Notes under the pieces: model-generated | What the model was told of the DNA's origin: nothing | Seen by the model: the letters and a program-made list of their open reading frames with translations, nothing else | The model's database searches: none | In this document: positions 36,750 through 50,259 of the stretch, one piece after another | How positions within the stretch are numbered: position 1 is the first letter of the stretch | Layout: every line of letters starts with the position of its first letter | From: Octopus bimaculoides | Taxonomy: Eukaryota | Reading direction: 5' to 3' | NCBI RefSeq assembly: GCF_001194135.2 | Contig: NC_068983.1 | Span: 82,241,790-82,305,789, forward strand | Length of the DNA stretch: 64,000 nucleotides | Translations under genes and position numbers: made by a program

Positions 36750-38115
36750 ATGTCTTTTACGATTTGAGCCAACATTCTTCGACAGAAAGGATTAAGAGGT
36801 AAAAAAGGGAGAGAGAAAGAAAAATATGGACAGAGTTCAATGGTCCAAATGGCAAGATGTCTAGCAAAAAGAGGTTAAATAAAAGGGAGATAATGATATT
36901 ACTTACAATAAAGGCAATGGTGACCCTCAGCAAACTAAGGTGTGCAAGCATGTGTGTGTATGTGAGAATGGTGTGTGTGAGTGTGTATGTGTGAATGGGG
37001 GCAAGTGAGTCTAATGTGAGTGTGCACGAATGGAGGCGAGTGAGTCTAACGTGTGTGTGAGAATGGGGCAAGTGAGTCTAATGTGTGTGTGTGTGTGTGT
37101 GTGTGTGTGTCTGTCTGTCTGTCTGAGTTGTGTGTAGCAGTTGATGTCTGTTTGTTCAGGTGATGTGTGCACATGTGTATGTCTGTGTCTGTGACCAAAT
37201 AGTGTGTATGTTTGTGGGTGAAAGTTATCTTCGTCTTTTTTTGTTGCATGTGTTTATGTGTGTTACGTGTGTTTATGTGTGTTGTGTGTGTGTGAATATA
37301 TTGTCTGTGTTCAGGTATTATGTGCTTGTGTGGGAGTGTGCATGATGGTGTATGGTGTGTGTACTGAGTTAAACAGTGTGTGAGACTGCTTGTATAGTGG
37401 TGTGTGTTGTGATACTATGGAATGGGGTGTGTGGATAATGATGTGCGTTGTGGGTGCTGAGAAGTGGTCAGTGCTAGCGTGAGTGGAATGGGAAGGTGTT
37501 TGTGGGTGTGTGTATAATGGTGTGTGAAGTGAGTAATGAGTTGAATAGTCTGTATGGGTGTTTGTATAGTGGTGTGTTTGTGAGGTGATCGTACCGAGGT
37601 AGGTGGTATGCAGGTGTGTAGGTGGAGGGGGCAGTTGGATGTGTGTGAGAATCTATGTGGGATTGGTGTCAGATGTTGCAGCTAATTACGAGTAGAGTGA
37701 ATGTGGCATGAGGTCAGAGTGTCATTGCAAAATCTAATGTTTTGGAGGTGCTCTGTGAACTAGTCAGCCAAGCGGTGTCCCATTTGACCAATCTACAGAG
37801 AAGGACAGAGAGAGCAAGAGATGCAATAAATAACATTTCTAGAGGTGCAGGTAAAGGAGACAGTGACAAGATAGGGACAGTAATGAGTGCCAGTGAGGAT
37901 GGTAGTATTGGAGAGGTAGAAGCAGGTGTAACAGCATGGGTGGGAACAGGGAAAGGAGCCAGGCTGGGAAGCAGGGGTAGGGAAGAAACTGTGAACCAGG
38001 TGGTCAGGCAGGTTATGGGCTTGTTTGAAGGAGAGAAGTGATAGGCGAGGGAAGATGTGCTAGGTGGAGGGGTTGGACTGGAATCACCAGAAATCTCAGA
38101 GAATGGTGCGTTGGA
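36750..38115 (-). mobile_element. Penelope-like element (GIY-YIG at ~37640-38115) with a low-complexity 3' region and a decayed hammerhead at 36754-36789
   Basis: One minus frame with stops: HIFPRLSLLSFKQAHNLPDHLV...PGSFPC..PCCYTC...FTCTSRNVIYCISCSLCPSL*IGQMGHRLAD*FTEHLQNIR. This matches the PLE FTC.S.NVIY.I.C..C...YIGQT.R.L..R..EH motif. Confidence 0.85.
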
Positions 38116-38184
38116 GGGGTAGAGTGGAGAGGTGGTAGGTAAGGGGAAATGAGAGATGGTTAAGGATGGGATGGGTGCATGTGT

Positions 38185-38402
38185 CTCTGTGACTGTGTTT
38201 GTGCCCCACCACTGCTTGACAACTAATGATGTTGGTGTGTTACATCCCTGTAACTTAGCAGTTTGGCATGCAAGACTGATAGAATAAGTACCAGGCTTAA
38301 ATAAAATATAATTACTGGCGTCAATTTATTTGACAAACATTCTTCAGGGCAATACCTCAGCATGGCCAGAATCAAATAACTGAAGCAAGTAAAAGATAAA
38401 AT
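38185..38402 (+). mobile_element. SINE family A, 3' half
   Basis: GTGTTTGTGCCCCACCACTGCTTGACAAC...GAATAAGTACCAGGCTT... Confidence 0.75.
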
Positions 38403-38581
38403 GTAAAAGATATATATATTTACATACACACACACACACACATGAAATTTAATAGCTGATGGAGTTCATTGCATTATTTCCTATTTTTTTGTAATTTATT
38501 TAATTTCATTTTACACTTTGTACCCAACTAACACTTTATTCTGAAGCATATATATATTGAGTTCTAACACCAGACTATTGG

Positions 38582-38663
<82 letters not shown>

Positions 38664-38969
38664 TTAACACACTTATCGTGAATATAAAGAAAATCCACTT
38701 TTTTCTGTCGAGGGCTCATATGCCCCAATACTAGACTATTTTCTTTAGTCAATACACGGTGATTGCTTTTAAGCTTTAAGCTTAGAAATATTATTATTAC
38801 TTATAGAATCATCACTCATCACCACTTCTCAATTCATCACAAAAAAAGCATGTATAGTATCAAGCTATCAAGCAAAGGAAGCCAACTTGCTGGCCATAAT
38901 TTTTAAGAGGAATATTTCTTCAACTATCACCGGCTTTCTTGTGTTTTTAAAAAACATTCTTTGCAGAGA

Positions 38970-39220
38970 ACATGCAAGTGGCTGAGCGCTCCACAGACAC
39001 ATGTATCCTTAATGTAGTTCTCAAGAAGATTCAGCGGGACACAGAATATGACAAAGCTGGCCCTTTGAATTATATGTACAACTCATTTTTACTAGCTGAG
39101 TGGACTGAGGCAACATGAAACAAAGTGTCTTGCTCAAGGACTCAATGCATCACCAGGTATCAAACTCGTAATCTTACAATCCTGAGCCAAATATCCCTTA
39201 TCACTAAGCCACATGCCTTC
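38970..39220 (-). mobile_element. SINE family C head and core joined to tail type 1
   Basis: The minus strand has TCCTTGAGCAAGACACTTTGTTTC (the core) followed by ...GTGGAGCGCTCAGCCACTTGCATGT, as at 9250-9275. Confidence 0.7.
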
Positions 39221-41367
39221 ATGAGATAATACATGGTTAATTCAAAACAATTTGTGTAGATAAGCATTACATTTGACAGAGTAATCTGAATGCTAAAAGG
39301 TTAAAGGAGATTTTGCTGCTATTTCAGGTAAAGAACAGTGACTATGAGGAGCTTCTATGTTGGTTTACAAAGGAAATTATTGCATCAGTTGAAGGAATCA
39401 GTGAAGAGACAAGATATTCTTGGTGGGTTTCTGTTGTATGTTGGTCAAGGAAGCTTTGTTGTCATATTAATTAATAAGTTCTAATTATTTCTCAAGTACT
39501 TATAATAAAAAAGAAATCAAAAATTAAATGGCAACGAGTAAAAACAAAGCAAAGTAATTATTTTCGTTTTGATTTTGTTAATTTGATGAAAAAGAGCAAT
39601 GGTCATTGCCCTTTCACGGTCTCTTAGACAAGTTAATCGGGATAATTGAAGAAGGTTATTAGTGTTAATGATTAGATTTGGAAAGCCAAAGGTTAATGGT
39701 AGTGGAGAGACAAAGGGCAAGAAGGAAATCCAGTTGGAAGTAATTCTGGAGGCCAGAGGTTTGAGCAAAGGGTATAGTTTGGAAATCAGGGATTAAGTAG
39801 AGTGGGTGGTGGTGACAGGAAAAGGGGGTGGCATATGCACAGTCAAGAACAGGAAGTTCAATCATCTGCAAGGAGCTTAATCAGTTCCTTAAACATCTCT
39901 TCTTCTTCTTCTTCTTCTTCCTCTACCATCACAGCTACTTCCATTATTCCATGCTGAACTCCATTTCCACAACCACTGCTGTAGCTCCAATATCACCCCC
40001 TTCCCCTGGCCACTTCATCGCTCCTCCACAACCTACAACTGTTACCATAATCATGACCAATACTTTGTCACTGCTATAAGGAACACCAACACCATGCACA
40101 TCACTACTACTACTACTAATAATAATAATGATAATAATACTGCTGCCAGCACCACCACCATCACCATCATACTACTAAATCTACTACTACTACTACTACT
40201 GCTGCTGCTACAATTATAGACAATACCATCATCACAATCACAATGACGATCACCACCACTGACCCCGTATCTTCATTCTCATCGTCATCATTATCATCAT
40301 CATCCTTGCCATCACACTACTACCATCACCACCATCACCATCATCATCATCATCATCATCGTCATCATCTTCATCATCATCATCACCATCATCATTGTCC
40401 TCATAATTGCTACAATCAATCTGAAGGAAATGATATCTTGTGATTCTCAGTTATTTACCACTCAAACTCTACTCTTTTTCTTTATTACGTAGCCTGATTA
40501 AGGAAGCTATTAACCCTAATCAAAGCAGAAGCTATTATCTTCCTTCCCAGAACCTCACGCTAAATGCCCACACCAAACTCACCACCACCACTACTACCGC
40601 CGCCGCCGCCACCGCCACTGCCGCCGCCGCCACCACCACTACCATCACAAAACTCATCCCAGCCTACAACACAATACCATGTTGCACCATGCCAATGCCT
40701 TTCCTTGCCCACCATCCCAACCCTGCCACCATGTACCACTAACTAAAGCTCTTCTCCACACACACACTACCACCTACCTAAACTTTTCTCTGCAGTTTTA
40801 AGACAGAAACAAGGGATCTAAGTAGTCAAATGGTAAATAACTTGCTTTTCAATCTCCTTACCAAATTCTATTGCAAGGAACCTTAAAGAAATACTATTGT
40901 ACCACAGCTTTTTTGTTGATGCATATTTTTTTTTTGTTATTTTTATGTTTCTAGTTCTCCCTTATTTTTCTTTTCTCGTGTATTTTCTTTGGTCTTCTTA
41001 TCTCCCCCCCCCCCTCTCCATCATTTTGGTAAAAGAGAATTGCACAGCAATCATCTCTGAAAACGGTGAAGTTAGTTGAGGAAATGAGGAATGGTGGTAG
41101 GAGCAATTTCCTTTGCTTTTAGGTTTTTAATGTTTGTGTGTCTTTGTATTTTGTTGCTGCTGCTGTTGTTGTTGTTGTTGTTGTTAATGATTTATTGTAG
41201 TGGTAGTGTTGATGGTGTTGAGAGTTGTCTTATATTAATTTGTTCATTGTATTACAAGTTGTTTGCTGCGTGCACACACACACACACACACACAAACACA
41301 CACATGAATTTATATATATTCATACATAAACATATACATACATATCTACCTACATATATAACTATAT

Positions 41368-41434
<67 letters not shown>

Positions 41435-41447
41435 CATACATATATAT

Positions 41448-41514
<67 letters not shown>

Positions 41515-41908
41515 CATATNNNNNNNNNNNNNNNNNNNNNNNNNNNNNNNNNNNNNNNNNNNNNNNNNNNNNNNNNNNNNNNNNNNNNNNNNNNNNNNNN
41601 NNNNNNNNNNNNNNNNNNNNNNNNNNNNNNNNNNNNNNNNNNNNNNNNNNNNNNNNNNNNNNNNNNNNNNNNNNNNNNNNNNNNNNNNNNNNNNNNNNNN
41701 NNNNNNNNNNNNNNNNNNNNNNNNNNNNNNNNNNNNNNNNNNNNNNNNNNNNNNNNNNNNNNNNNNNNNNNNNNNNNNNNNNNNNNNNNNNTCATCATAA
41801 GTTCATTCTGTTGTCCTTGTTGATTAGTTAGTTGTTCTTTCATTTCATTCCATTTTATATTCTAATATTGTTGCTGTTGTTGTCATTACTACCGTACTTG
41901 TACATTTT

Positions 41909-41995
<87 letters not shown>

Positions 41996-42058
41996 TGCAT
42001 ACATACATTCATATATATGTAATATATATATGTGTATGTATTTATGTATGTATGCATC

Positions 42059-42093
<35 letters not shown>

Positions 42094-43596
42094 ATATGTA
42101 TATATATGGATGTGAGTGTGTGTGTGTGTATGTTTATATGTATGTGACTTTAAATCACTGCAGCACTATTTATTGTTATTGTTGTATATCCTTGTCTTTT
42201 TCATTTTGATGTTGTTGCTACCATAGTAGATTTTTCTTTTTTTTTTTTGCCTGTTTTTATTTTTTGAAAATTTTACTTTTTTTTTGTTATAGTCATACGA
42301 TTTTGTTCTTGATTATGTTGTAGTGTTTGCTGTTGTTGTTGTTGTTGTTGTTGGGTGTTGTTTTATTGTAGTCTCAATAACCTTTCCCCATAATCCCTCA
42401 CTTCTCTACCATTCTTCTTCTTCTTCTTGTTGATCTTTGTTCATTTTTGTTGATCTCATTGTTGTTGTTGTTGTTGTTATCTAACCAAACTACACTGCCC
42501 TGTGCTGCCCTGCCTCGCCCCACTCCTTGACTTCACTAATCCTTTTTTATTTGTTAATTTTCTTTGGTCCTCTAATTACAGTTGCTGTTGTTATTGCTGT
42601 TTTTTTATTTTGTTGTTGTTTTTGTTCCTCATCTCCTTTCTTCCTTTCTTTCCCATTTTATTGCTTTGTCAATATTACTTTTGCTTTTATATTTTCTTTT
42701 TTTTTTTCATTAATATATTTTTTTTGTATATTTTTAGTTAGAATGTGTTTGTCTTATTGTTTTAGAGCTATTATCTGTATTGTTCTTTATATATTTTTAA
42801 TCTATGTCTTTCTTGTTTCTCTCTCTCTTTCTACATCTTTCTTCTCCCTTCATCTCCTCCCCTCTTCTCCACCCCCCGCCTTTTTTTTTTTTTACAATCC
42901 TAATTGATAATAAATTCCTCTTGTTCATCGGAATAGTTACAGAAATAGTTACATGGCTGGTCTGTCTGGGACACAGTAATAGAGTAGAATAGGTTCGACC
43001 ATATTCCTCCCATCAGCACCCCTACCNNNNNNNNNNNNNNNNNNNNNNNNNNNNNNNNNNNNNNNNNNNNNNNNNNNNNNNNNNNNNNNNNNNNNNNNNN
43101 NNNNNNNNNNNNNNNNNNNNNNNNNNNNNNNNNNNNNNNNNNNNNNNNNNNNNNNNNNNNNNNNNNNNNNNNNNNNNNNNNNCCACCACCACCACCAAAC
43201 AAACACTATCATCAGTACGAAAGTAAAAGTTCTAGTAACTCACCACCACCACCAACAACAACAACAACAACACTATTGCCACCACCACCAACACCATCAC
43301 CAACTGCTAAACCTTAAAAATATCAATTTCTATCATAGACCAAGGCCAAAGATTTGGGGTTAAGGATATAATTGATTATATCAACCCCAATAATTTGACT
43401 TGTACATTATTTTATTGGCCCCTAGACGTTAAAAGTAATAAACATTTATCTTAAAATATGCAATAAAACAAATATAATATTAATGCAAAAATAACTCAAA
43501 TTCTCTAAGTACTTGAGATTATATAGACTCTTCACAGTACAGCTTGTATAGTACTAGTTCTAAGGTCAAATCCCATTAGAGGTTGTTTTTAATATA

Positions 43597-44010
43597 TCAT
43601 CGTTTAACGTCTGCCTTCCATGCTAGCATGGGTGGGATGGCTTCACAAGAGCCAGCCAAGCAGAAACCTGCACCAGACTTTTGTGACTGTTTTGACATGA
43701 TTTTTACAGCTGAATGCCCTTCTGAACATCAACCTCTCAGCAGAATGGACTTAGTGCTTTTTATGTGGCACAAGCACAGGCGAGGTCAGTTTTGGTAAGG
43801 TTCTTACAGCTAGATGCCCTTCCTAACACTCACCATTCAGCAGAGTGGACTTAGTGCCTTTTACAAAGCACAAACACAGCTGAGGTCAGTTTAGGCAAGG
43901 CTTTTACAGCTGGATGTCATTTCAAACACCAACCACTTTTACAGTGTAGACTGGGTGCTTTTAAGAGGCACCTGCACTGACAGGGTTACCAGGTACTTGC
44001 AAGACAAAAA
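43597..44010 (-). mobile_element. RTE 3' terminus with a ~100-bp internal unit triplicated
   Basis: TTTTACAGCTG.ATGCCCTTC recurs at 43701, 43801 and 43901. Confidence 0.8.
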
Positions 44011-44074
44011 ACTTTCAAGAGAGGAGGGGGAATTGGAGTAGGTGATCTTGTGTCAGATGATAAAAGGTTAAATA

Positions 44075-44465
44075 ATAATCCTTTCTACTGTTGGCATGTG
44101 GCCTGAACTTTTAGGGGAGGAACTAGTTGATTATTTCAACCTCACTAATCAAGTAGTATATATTTTATCAACCCTGAAAGGATGAAAAGTACAATCAGCC
44201 TCGATGGAATTCGAGATCAGAATTTAAAATTGGATGAAATACTACTAAATGTTTTGTCCAGAGTGCTAACATTTCTGCCAACTTTCCACCTTGATAACAA
44301 TAATCGTAATAAGGCTTTCTGCTATAGGCACAAGGCCTGAAAGTTTTAGGGAGAGATAAGTTGATTACATGGATCTCAGTGTTTCACTGGTATTTAATTT
44401 ATTCACTGGTATTTAATTTATTCACTGGTATTTAATTTAATTTATCTGCCAGCTTGCCACCTTGA
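44075..44465 (-). mobile_element. Two tandem SINE B copies; the second is internally deleted and carries a 19-bp triplication
   Basis: Family B consensus in reverse. TTCACTGGTATTTAATTTA x3 at 44383-44439. Confidence 0.75.
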
Positions 44466-44874
44466 CAATAATTACAATAAATACATATCTCATTCTCATC
44501 TCTTGCAGACAAAAATTTCAGTTAAACTTTTATTAGCATGAGTCTGAAAAATCTCTTTGGCATGAACTAATGATTATCACTAAAATTTGTAATGATCTCA
44601 TAAATATTAATTCAGTGCTAAAAACGATGCATGTTGATGCATCATAAGTTAAAGTGATAGACCTTTCATAAGATAAAATCTTTGAATGCTCTCCCAAAAT
44701 TGCAAACACTCATCTGTTTCCAAGCAAGTTCATAACACTTCCCTAAGTCCAATGCTACTGAAATGTTTTTAACTATTGCTCTCCTTCATTTGCAATCACT
44801 TTTTTCACATTCTCTTGCTTATTATATGGCAAAATTAAGTATACCACATGTGCATATCCACATGTATATATTGT

Positions 44875-45035
44875 GACTGTGTGACAAAAAGTTTACTTCT
44901 CAACCACATGGTTCCAGGTTCAGTCCCACTGCATGGCACCTTGGGCAAATGTCTTCAATTATAGCCCTGGGCTGACCAAAGCCCCCTGAGTAGATTTGGT
45001 AGACAAGACAGAAACTGAAAGTACCTATCACACAC
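44875..45035 (-). mobile_element. SINE family A, 5' half
   Basis: Reverse complement of the family A head, running into (CA)(TA)n. Confidence 0.8.
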
Positions 45036-45059
45036 ACACACACATATATATATATAAAC

Positions 45060-45152
<93 letters not shown>

Positions 45153-45542
45153 CATATATATCAATATATATGTATAAATATACACACACAAACGCGCACA
45201 CACACACACACACTCATGTATTAATAATAACAATAATCCTTGGATGGAATTTATAAACATTTAATGCATCACTATGCACATTTCCTCAAATCGCATGTCT
45301 CTTAAGATCACAGTCCATTTTACTGTTCAGTCTGTAGTATCTGTGGGCATTGGGTAGATCATCTCCATGGAATCATTTCTTCAGGGGACATAACATTAAT
45401 GGATGTACAGCAGATGGATGTTCATCTCTTTTTACCAGTATGAAGGTTAATGCCTTCATACAGCAGTAGTAGTAGCAGCAATAGTTACATCATCATCATC
45501 ACCATCACTATCACCCCCATCACCATCATCATCATCATCATC

Positions 45543-46400
45543 ATCATTATTTCAGGCCTAGTAGAAAGGATTATTATTATCATCATCATCATCATCATCA
45601 TCATTATTATTATTATCATTATCATAATGTGGCGAGCTGGCAAAATTGTTTGCCTTTCAGCCTTTTGGGATTGATAAATTAAGTATCAGTGAAATACTGG
45701 GGTTGATCTAATCAAATAATCACCTACCCTGAAATTTCAGGCCTTGTACCTTTAGTAGAATGGATTATTATTTTTATTATGTTTAAGGCAGCAAGCTGAC
45801 AGAATCGTTAGCATGCTGGGTAAAATGCTTAGCGGTATTTCATCACTCACTGCATTCTAAGTTCAAATCCTGCCAAGGTCGACTTTGTCTTTCATCCTTT
45901 TGGGGTGGATAAAATAAGTGCCAGTTGAACACTGGGGTTGATGTAATCAACTTATTCCCTCCCCCGAAATTGCAGGCCTTGACCTTACATTCTGCGTTCA
46001 AAGTCTGCTGTAGTCTACTTTGCCTTTCATCATTTTGGAGTCTCTGACATAAGTACCAGTTGAGCACTGGTGTCAATGTAATTCACTAGCTTCCTCCCCC
46101 AAATTTCAGGCTTTGTGCCTATAGTAGAAAGGATTATTATTATTAGTAGTAGTTGTGGTAGTCATCATAGAAGTAGTAGTAGTTGTAAGGCAGTGAGCTG
46201 GCAGAATCATTAGCACATCAGGCAACATGCTTAGCAGCATTTCAAAGTCTCTACATTCTGATTTCAAATTCTGCTGAGGTCGACTTTGCTTTTCGTCCGT
46301 TCGGGGTCAGTAAATTAAGTACCAGTGAAACACTGGAGTTGATGTAACTGACTAGTCCCCTCCCACCAAATTTCAGGTCCTGTGCCTTTAGTAAAAAGGA

Positions 46401-46402
<2 letters not shown>
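45543..46402 (+). mobile_element. Head-to-tail train of about five SINE B copies or fragments separated by (ATT)n/(CAT)n/(AGT)n
   Basis: The terminus CAGGCCTTGTGCCT.TAGTAGAAAGGATTATT recurs near 45555, 45740, 46110 and 46380. Heads lie at 45626, 45786 and 46186. Confidence 0.8.
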
Positions 46403-46448
<46 letters not shown>

Positions 46449-46454
46449 TTTCAC

Positions 46455-46560
46455 TCGAATAGAGAATAGAGAGGGAAGTGCTGTCCTTGCGTGTGTTTAT
46501 TGAAAGGTGGATGAAAGTTGCGAAAATAGCAAGATTGGAGAGAAGGAATCGAAGAGGACA
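46455..46560 (+). mobile_element. Possible Tx1-type LINE extreme 3' coding fragment
   Basis: RIEREVLSLRVFIERWMKVAKIAR parallels the KIRLERKCMS end of the element at 1700-1757. The match is short. Confidence 0.35.
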
Positions 46561-46680
46561 CTTGCTCCTGAGGTTTCAGGGAAATCTCAAACAGTGGGGT
46601 TCCTTGATTATCCCTAGAAGCTTTCCTGTTTCAGGAGGGTCACATCTCTATACTCCTACCTGCCACATTTTTTTTTTTAA

Positions 46681-46904
46681 CCCTTTCTATACCAACCTGA
46701 CTGAAACTGCCTCTGGCTCTGTGTTACAAATGTTTTGCTTTCATAAGTTTTGAATTAAAATCTTCCACCAAACCTTAGTCACAATTTATGTACCTAACAC
46801 TAGCTTACTGATATAACTAAATTGTTTTACTAAATTCTTTGTGATATTCAAAATTATTTGAAAGAAACACAGAGCATCTCAAAATAAATACAGTAACAAA
46901 AGGG
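46681..46904. mobile_element. TTAA-flanked MITE (piggyBac-like termini)
   Basis: TTAA|CCCTTT...AAAGGG|TTAA, with TTAA at 46677-80 and 46905-08. Confidence 0.7.
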
Positions 46905-47184
46905 TTAAACTTGTGTATGCTATGCATATGTTTCTTCTTTTTCAGCATATACTGTGTATATTTTCTTTCTTTCATTTAAAAAAAAAAAAATTTATCATTT
47001 CAATATATGTAAATCCCAACAATTTGTCTGTCTTTGTATTGTCCCCTCCACCCTTGTAGCAAATAAATGGAATTATTATTATTATTTGTCTTATTATTAT
47101 TATTATTATTATTGCTGCTATTATTATTATCATTGTTGTTGTTATTCTTCTTCTTCTTCTTCTCATTATTATTTATTATTATTG

Positions 47185-47220
<36 letters not shown>

Positions 47221-47546
47221 GTAGTAGTAGTAGTGGTAGTAGTAAGTAAGAAAGTAAGAAAGCAGTGGTGTTTGCGACTGCTGACATAGTGGCAATTCTT
47301 GTGTCTCCTTTAGTAGAAATTAGTTGTAGGCACAGTATAGCCACACCCAGTTTATATAAACATAGCAGCGATAAATATTGGATACTCCCAAAGTGGCATT
47401 TGATGATGCCAAAAAGACGGGCAGAAAAACTGACCAATGGCTAGCTAGATTTTTTGTCTAGTTTTCTGGACTGACTGCTGTATCAGTGGACATTGCAACA
47501 ATACATGAGGAAAATTCATTGAAGAAACTGGAAAGCTGAGCATAGT

Positions 47547-47577
<31 letters not shown>

Positions 47578-47627
47578 ATGTATATATATATATATATATA
47601 TATAAAAACAAATAGTAAATGAGTATA

Positions 47628-47663
<36 letters not shown>

Positions 47664-48689
47664 NNNNNNNNNNNNNNNNNNNNNNNNNNNNNNNNNNNNN
47701 NNNNNNNNNNNNNNNNNNNNNNNNNNNNNNNNNNNNNNNNNNNNNNNNNNNNNNNNNNNNNNNNNNNNNNNNNNNNNNNNNNNNNNNNNNNNNNNNNNNN
47801 NNNNNNNNNNNNNNNNNNNNNNNNNNNNNNNNNNNNNNNNNNNNNNNNNNNNNNNNNNNNNNNNNNNNNNNNNNNNNNNNNNNNNNNNNATATATATACA
47901 CACCAACACACATTTACACACACACACACACACACATATGCACATGCATCTAAATGCATACATATACATAATACAAAATATACATAGGCTGAATATCTCA
48001 GCTTGCAAAATAATCAGGAAATAATTTTTAAAAAGTACTCAAAGATGTACTGCAGGGTTTATATGTATCTTCTTTTATTCTTTTACTTGTTTCAGTAATT
48101 TGACTGTGGCCATGCTGGAACATCNNNNNNNNNNNNNNNNNNNNNNNNNNNNNNNNNNNNNNNNNNNNNNNNNNNNNNNNNNNNNNNNNNNNNNNNNNNN
48201 NNNNNNNNNNNNNNNNNNNNNNNNTGTGTGTGTGTGTGTGTGTGAGTGAGTGAATGCATTTACTTGCCTAAATAAGGAATGAATTTTCTTGCACACTTGA
48301 TAATATACGGTGTGACTATTTTCAATTTGTAACTTTTGAAGAATTTTTCATATTGCCTCATTAAACTTATGTTTAGCTTGGAACAATAGTGTTCTGAAAT
48401 CTATTAATCTAGTAATGTTCTGGGGCTTTCATCATCTCATTTTCATAATACAGTGTTTGTGTTAAAGACACATTGACCTCATGTTTAGTGGTATGACACA
48501 AAGTATCTTGGAAATAATTCTTTATTAGTTAAAATTATAAACATTAGATTTAAATTTATGCAATGGTGACTCAGAAATATATTCCTTCAATGCTGAATTC
48601 AAAATTACATCTCAAGGGTTTCTAAGAGATTTTGTGATATATCTTTTATCTATTACATCTTTCAATCATTGGACTGGCTGTGGCCATAC

Positions 48690-48809
48690 TGGAGTACCAC
48701 CTTGTGCACCTTATTTAAGCCTGGTACTTACTTTTAACCAAACTGCAAAGTTATGGGGTCATAAATAATTTAATGCCAATTGTCAAGCAGTGAAAGGTGA
48801 CAAACACAT

Positions 48810-48857
<48 letters not shown>

Positions 48858-48995
48858 ACACTCACTCATTCACTCACACAAGTATGGTGGGCTTCTTTCA
48901 GTTTCCATTTACCAAATCCACTCACTACTCTTTTATTGGCTGAGTCTATAGACAAAATCACTTGCACAAGGTACAATACAGAGGGTCTGAACCAG
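48690..48995 (-). mobile_element. SINE family A, diverged, with internal (CA)n
   Basis: Head and tail segments in reverse flank a (CA)n tract. Confidence 0.7.
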
Positions 48996-50259
48996 GAACC
49001 ATGTTGTTGGGAAGCAAACGTCTTATACACAATTACACCTGTGCCTGTATCAGTGTGTTTAATTTAGGTTTTTATTTTACTAGTCATAAATCTTCTGTAG
49101 TTATTCTTTGCATTTTTCTAGAATTTTGTATCAAATTTGTAATGAAATCAGCTAGTGTTTTCTTACTAATTTTATCATGTGTAATAAAGTGACCCATCTT
49201 TCTGTATATGCATGGTCAACAGAAGAGGTAGAGTCAAAGTTGAATGTCTGATGTTACTGTTTGAGTCATGATGTTTGCAACTTTTATATTTACATTGAAA
49301 TTGAAATATTTTTACCTCATTGATTGTTTGAAGCATAATATTCTATGGTTTAATAACTTCTGATTTCATGTTAGTGAGTGGATATTACATTATAGTATTA
49401 TGGTAATATATTCTAACTATGAGTTTGTAATTAGGTGTGATATATGTTATATTGTTTTATGAGATTTTAATGGCCAGAGTGCATTTGGTTCATGTCATAT
49501 GTATATGTGTGGCTTATGTTTTTAGTGGGTGTTACAGGAATGTGGGTGAATTTATTCATGTGTTGTTCAATTACCTAATCCACTAATCTATTAGAATACA
49601 CACTATTAACTTATTTTTGTTTCATTATGTATTTACAACAAGTAGTCAGCACAATGCATTATAATGCAATACACAAAATAATATTGGTTATAAAACATTA
49701 GTTGAAAGTGTTGTCATTTTATATAGACTTCCACAAAGCATGCAAAAAATAACAATATAAAGTTCACTAACAGCAAAATAGAAACCTAAATTAGCTACAC
49801 TGATACATAATATAAAATATTACGACATCTACTAGAACCACTATCGTTTAATTGTACATCCAGTGTTGACAAAAAGTAACAGTATAAACAGAGGGAGAAA
49901 AAGTAGAGGAAGTAGATAGCTACCTCAGCTGGAAGCAAGAGAGAAAGAGAAAGAGAGAGAGAGAGAGAGGGAGAGAGAGAGAGAATAATAATAATAATAA
50001 TAATAATCATAAGAAGAAGAAGAGTTGAAGGAAAGAAGATGATGAAGTTGTAGTGCTTGGTCTACTCAAGTTATATGGAGATGTATATAAATGAAGCGGA
50101 ACCAAGGATTGCATAAGGTGAGTGGATGGGTAAGTTCATGAGACTGCAAAGAGTGGAGGATAGAGAAGGGTAGTGGAGGAATATAGTTAGTGGACACAAA
50201 TAGAGGGAGAAGGTTTTAGGAAAATATGTTGTGGGGAAGATATGTATATATATATATAT

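Noticed and set aside
36754-36789. Hammerhead relic at the 3' end of the second Penelope element
   Set aside because: Both core halves are mutated (CTGTCGA; AAAT). It is noted only as part of the PLE feature.
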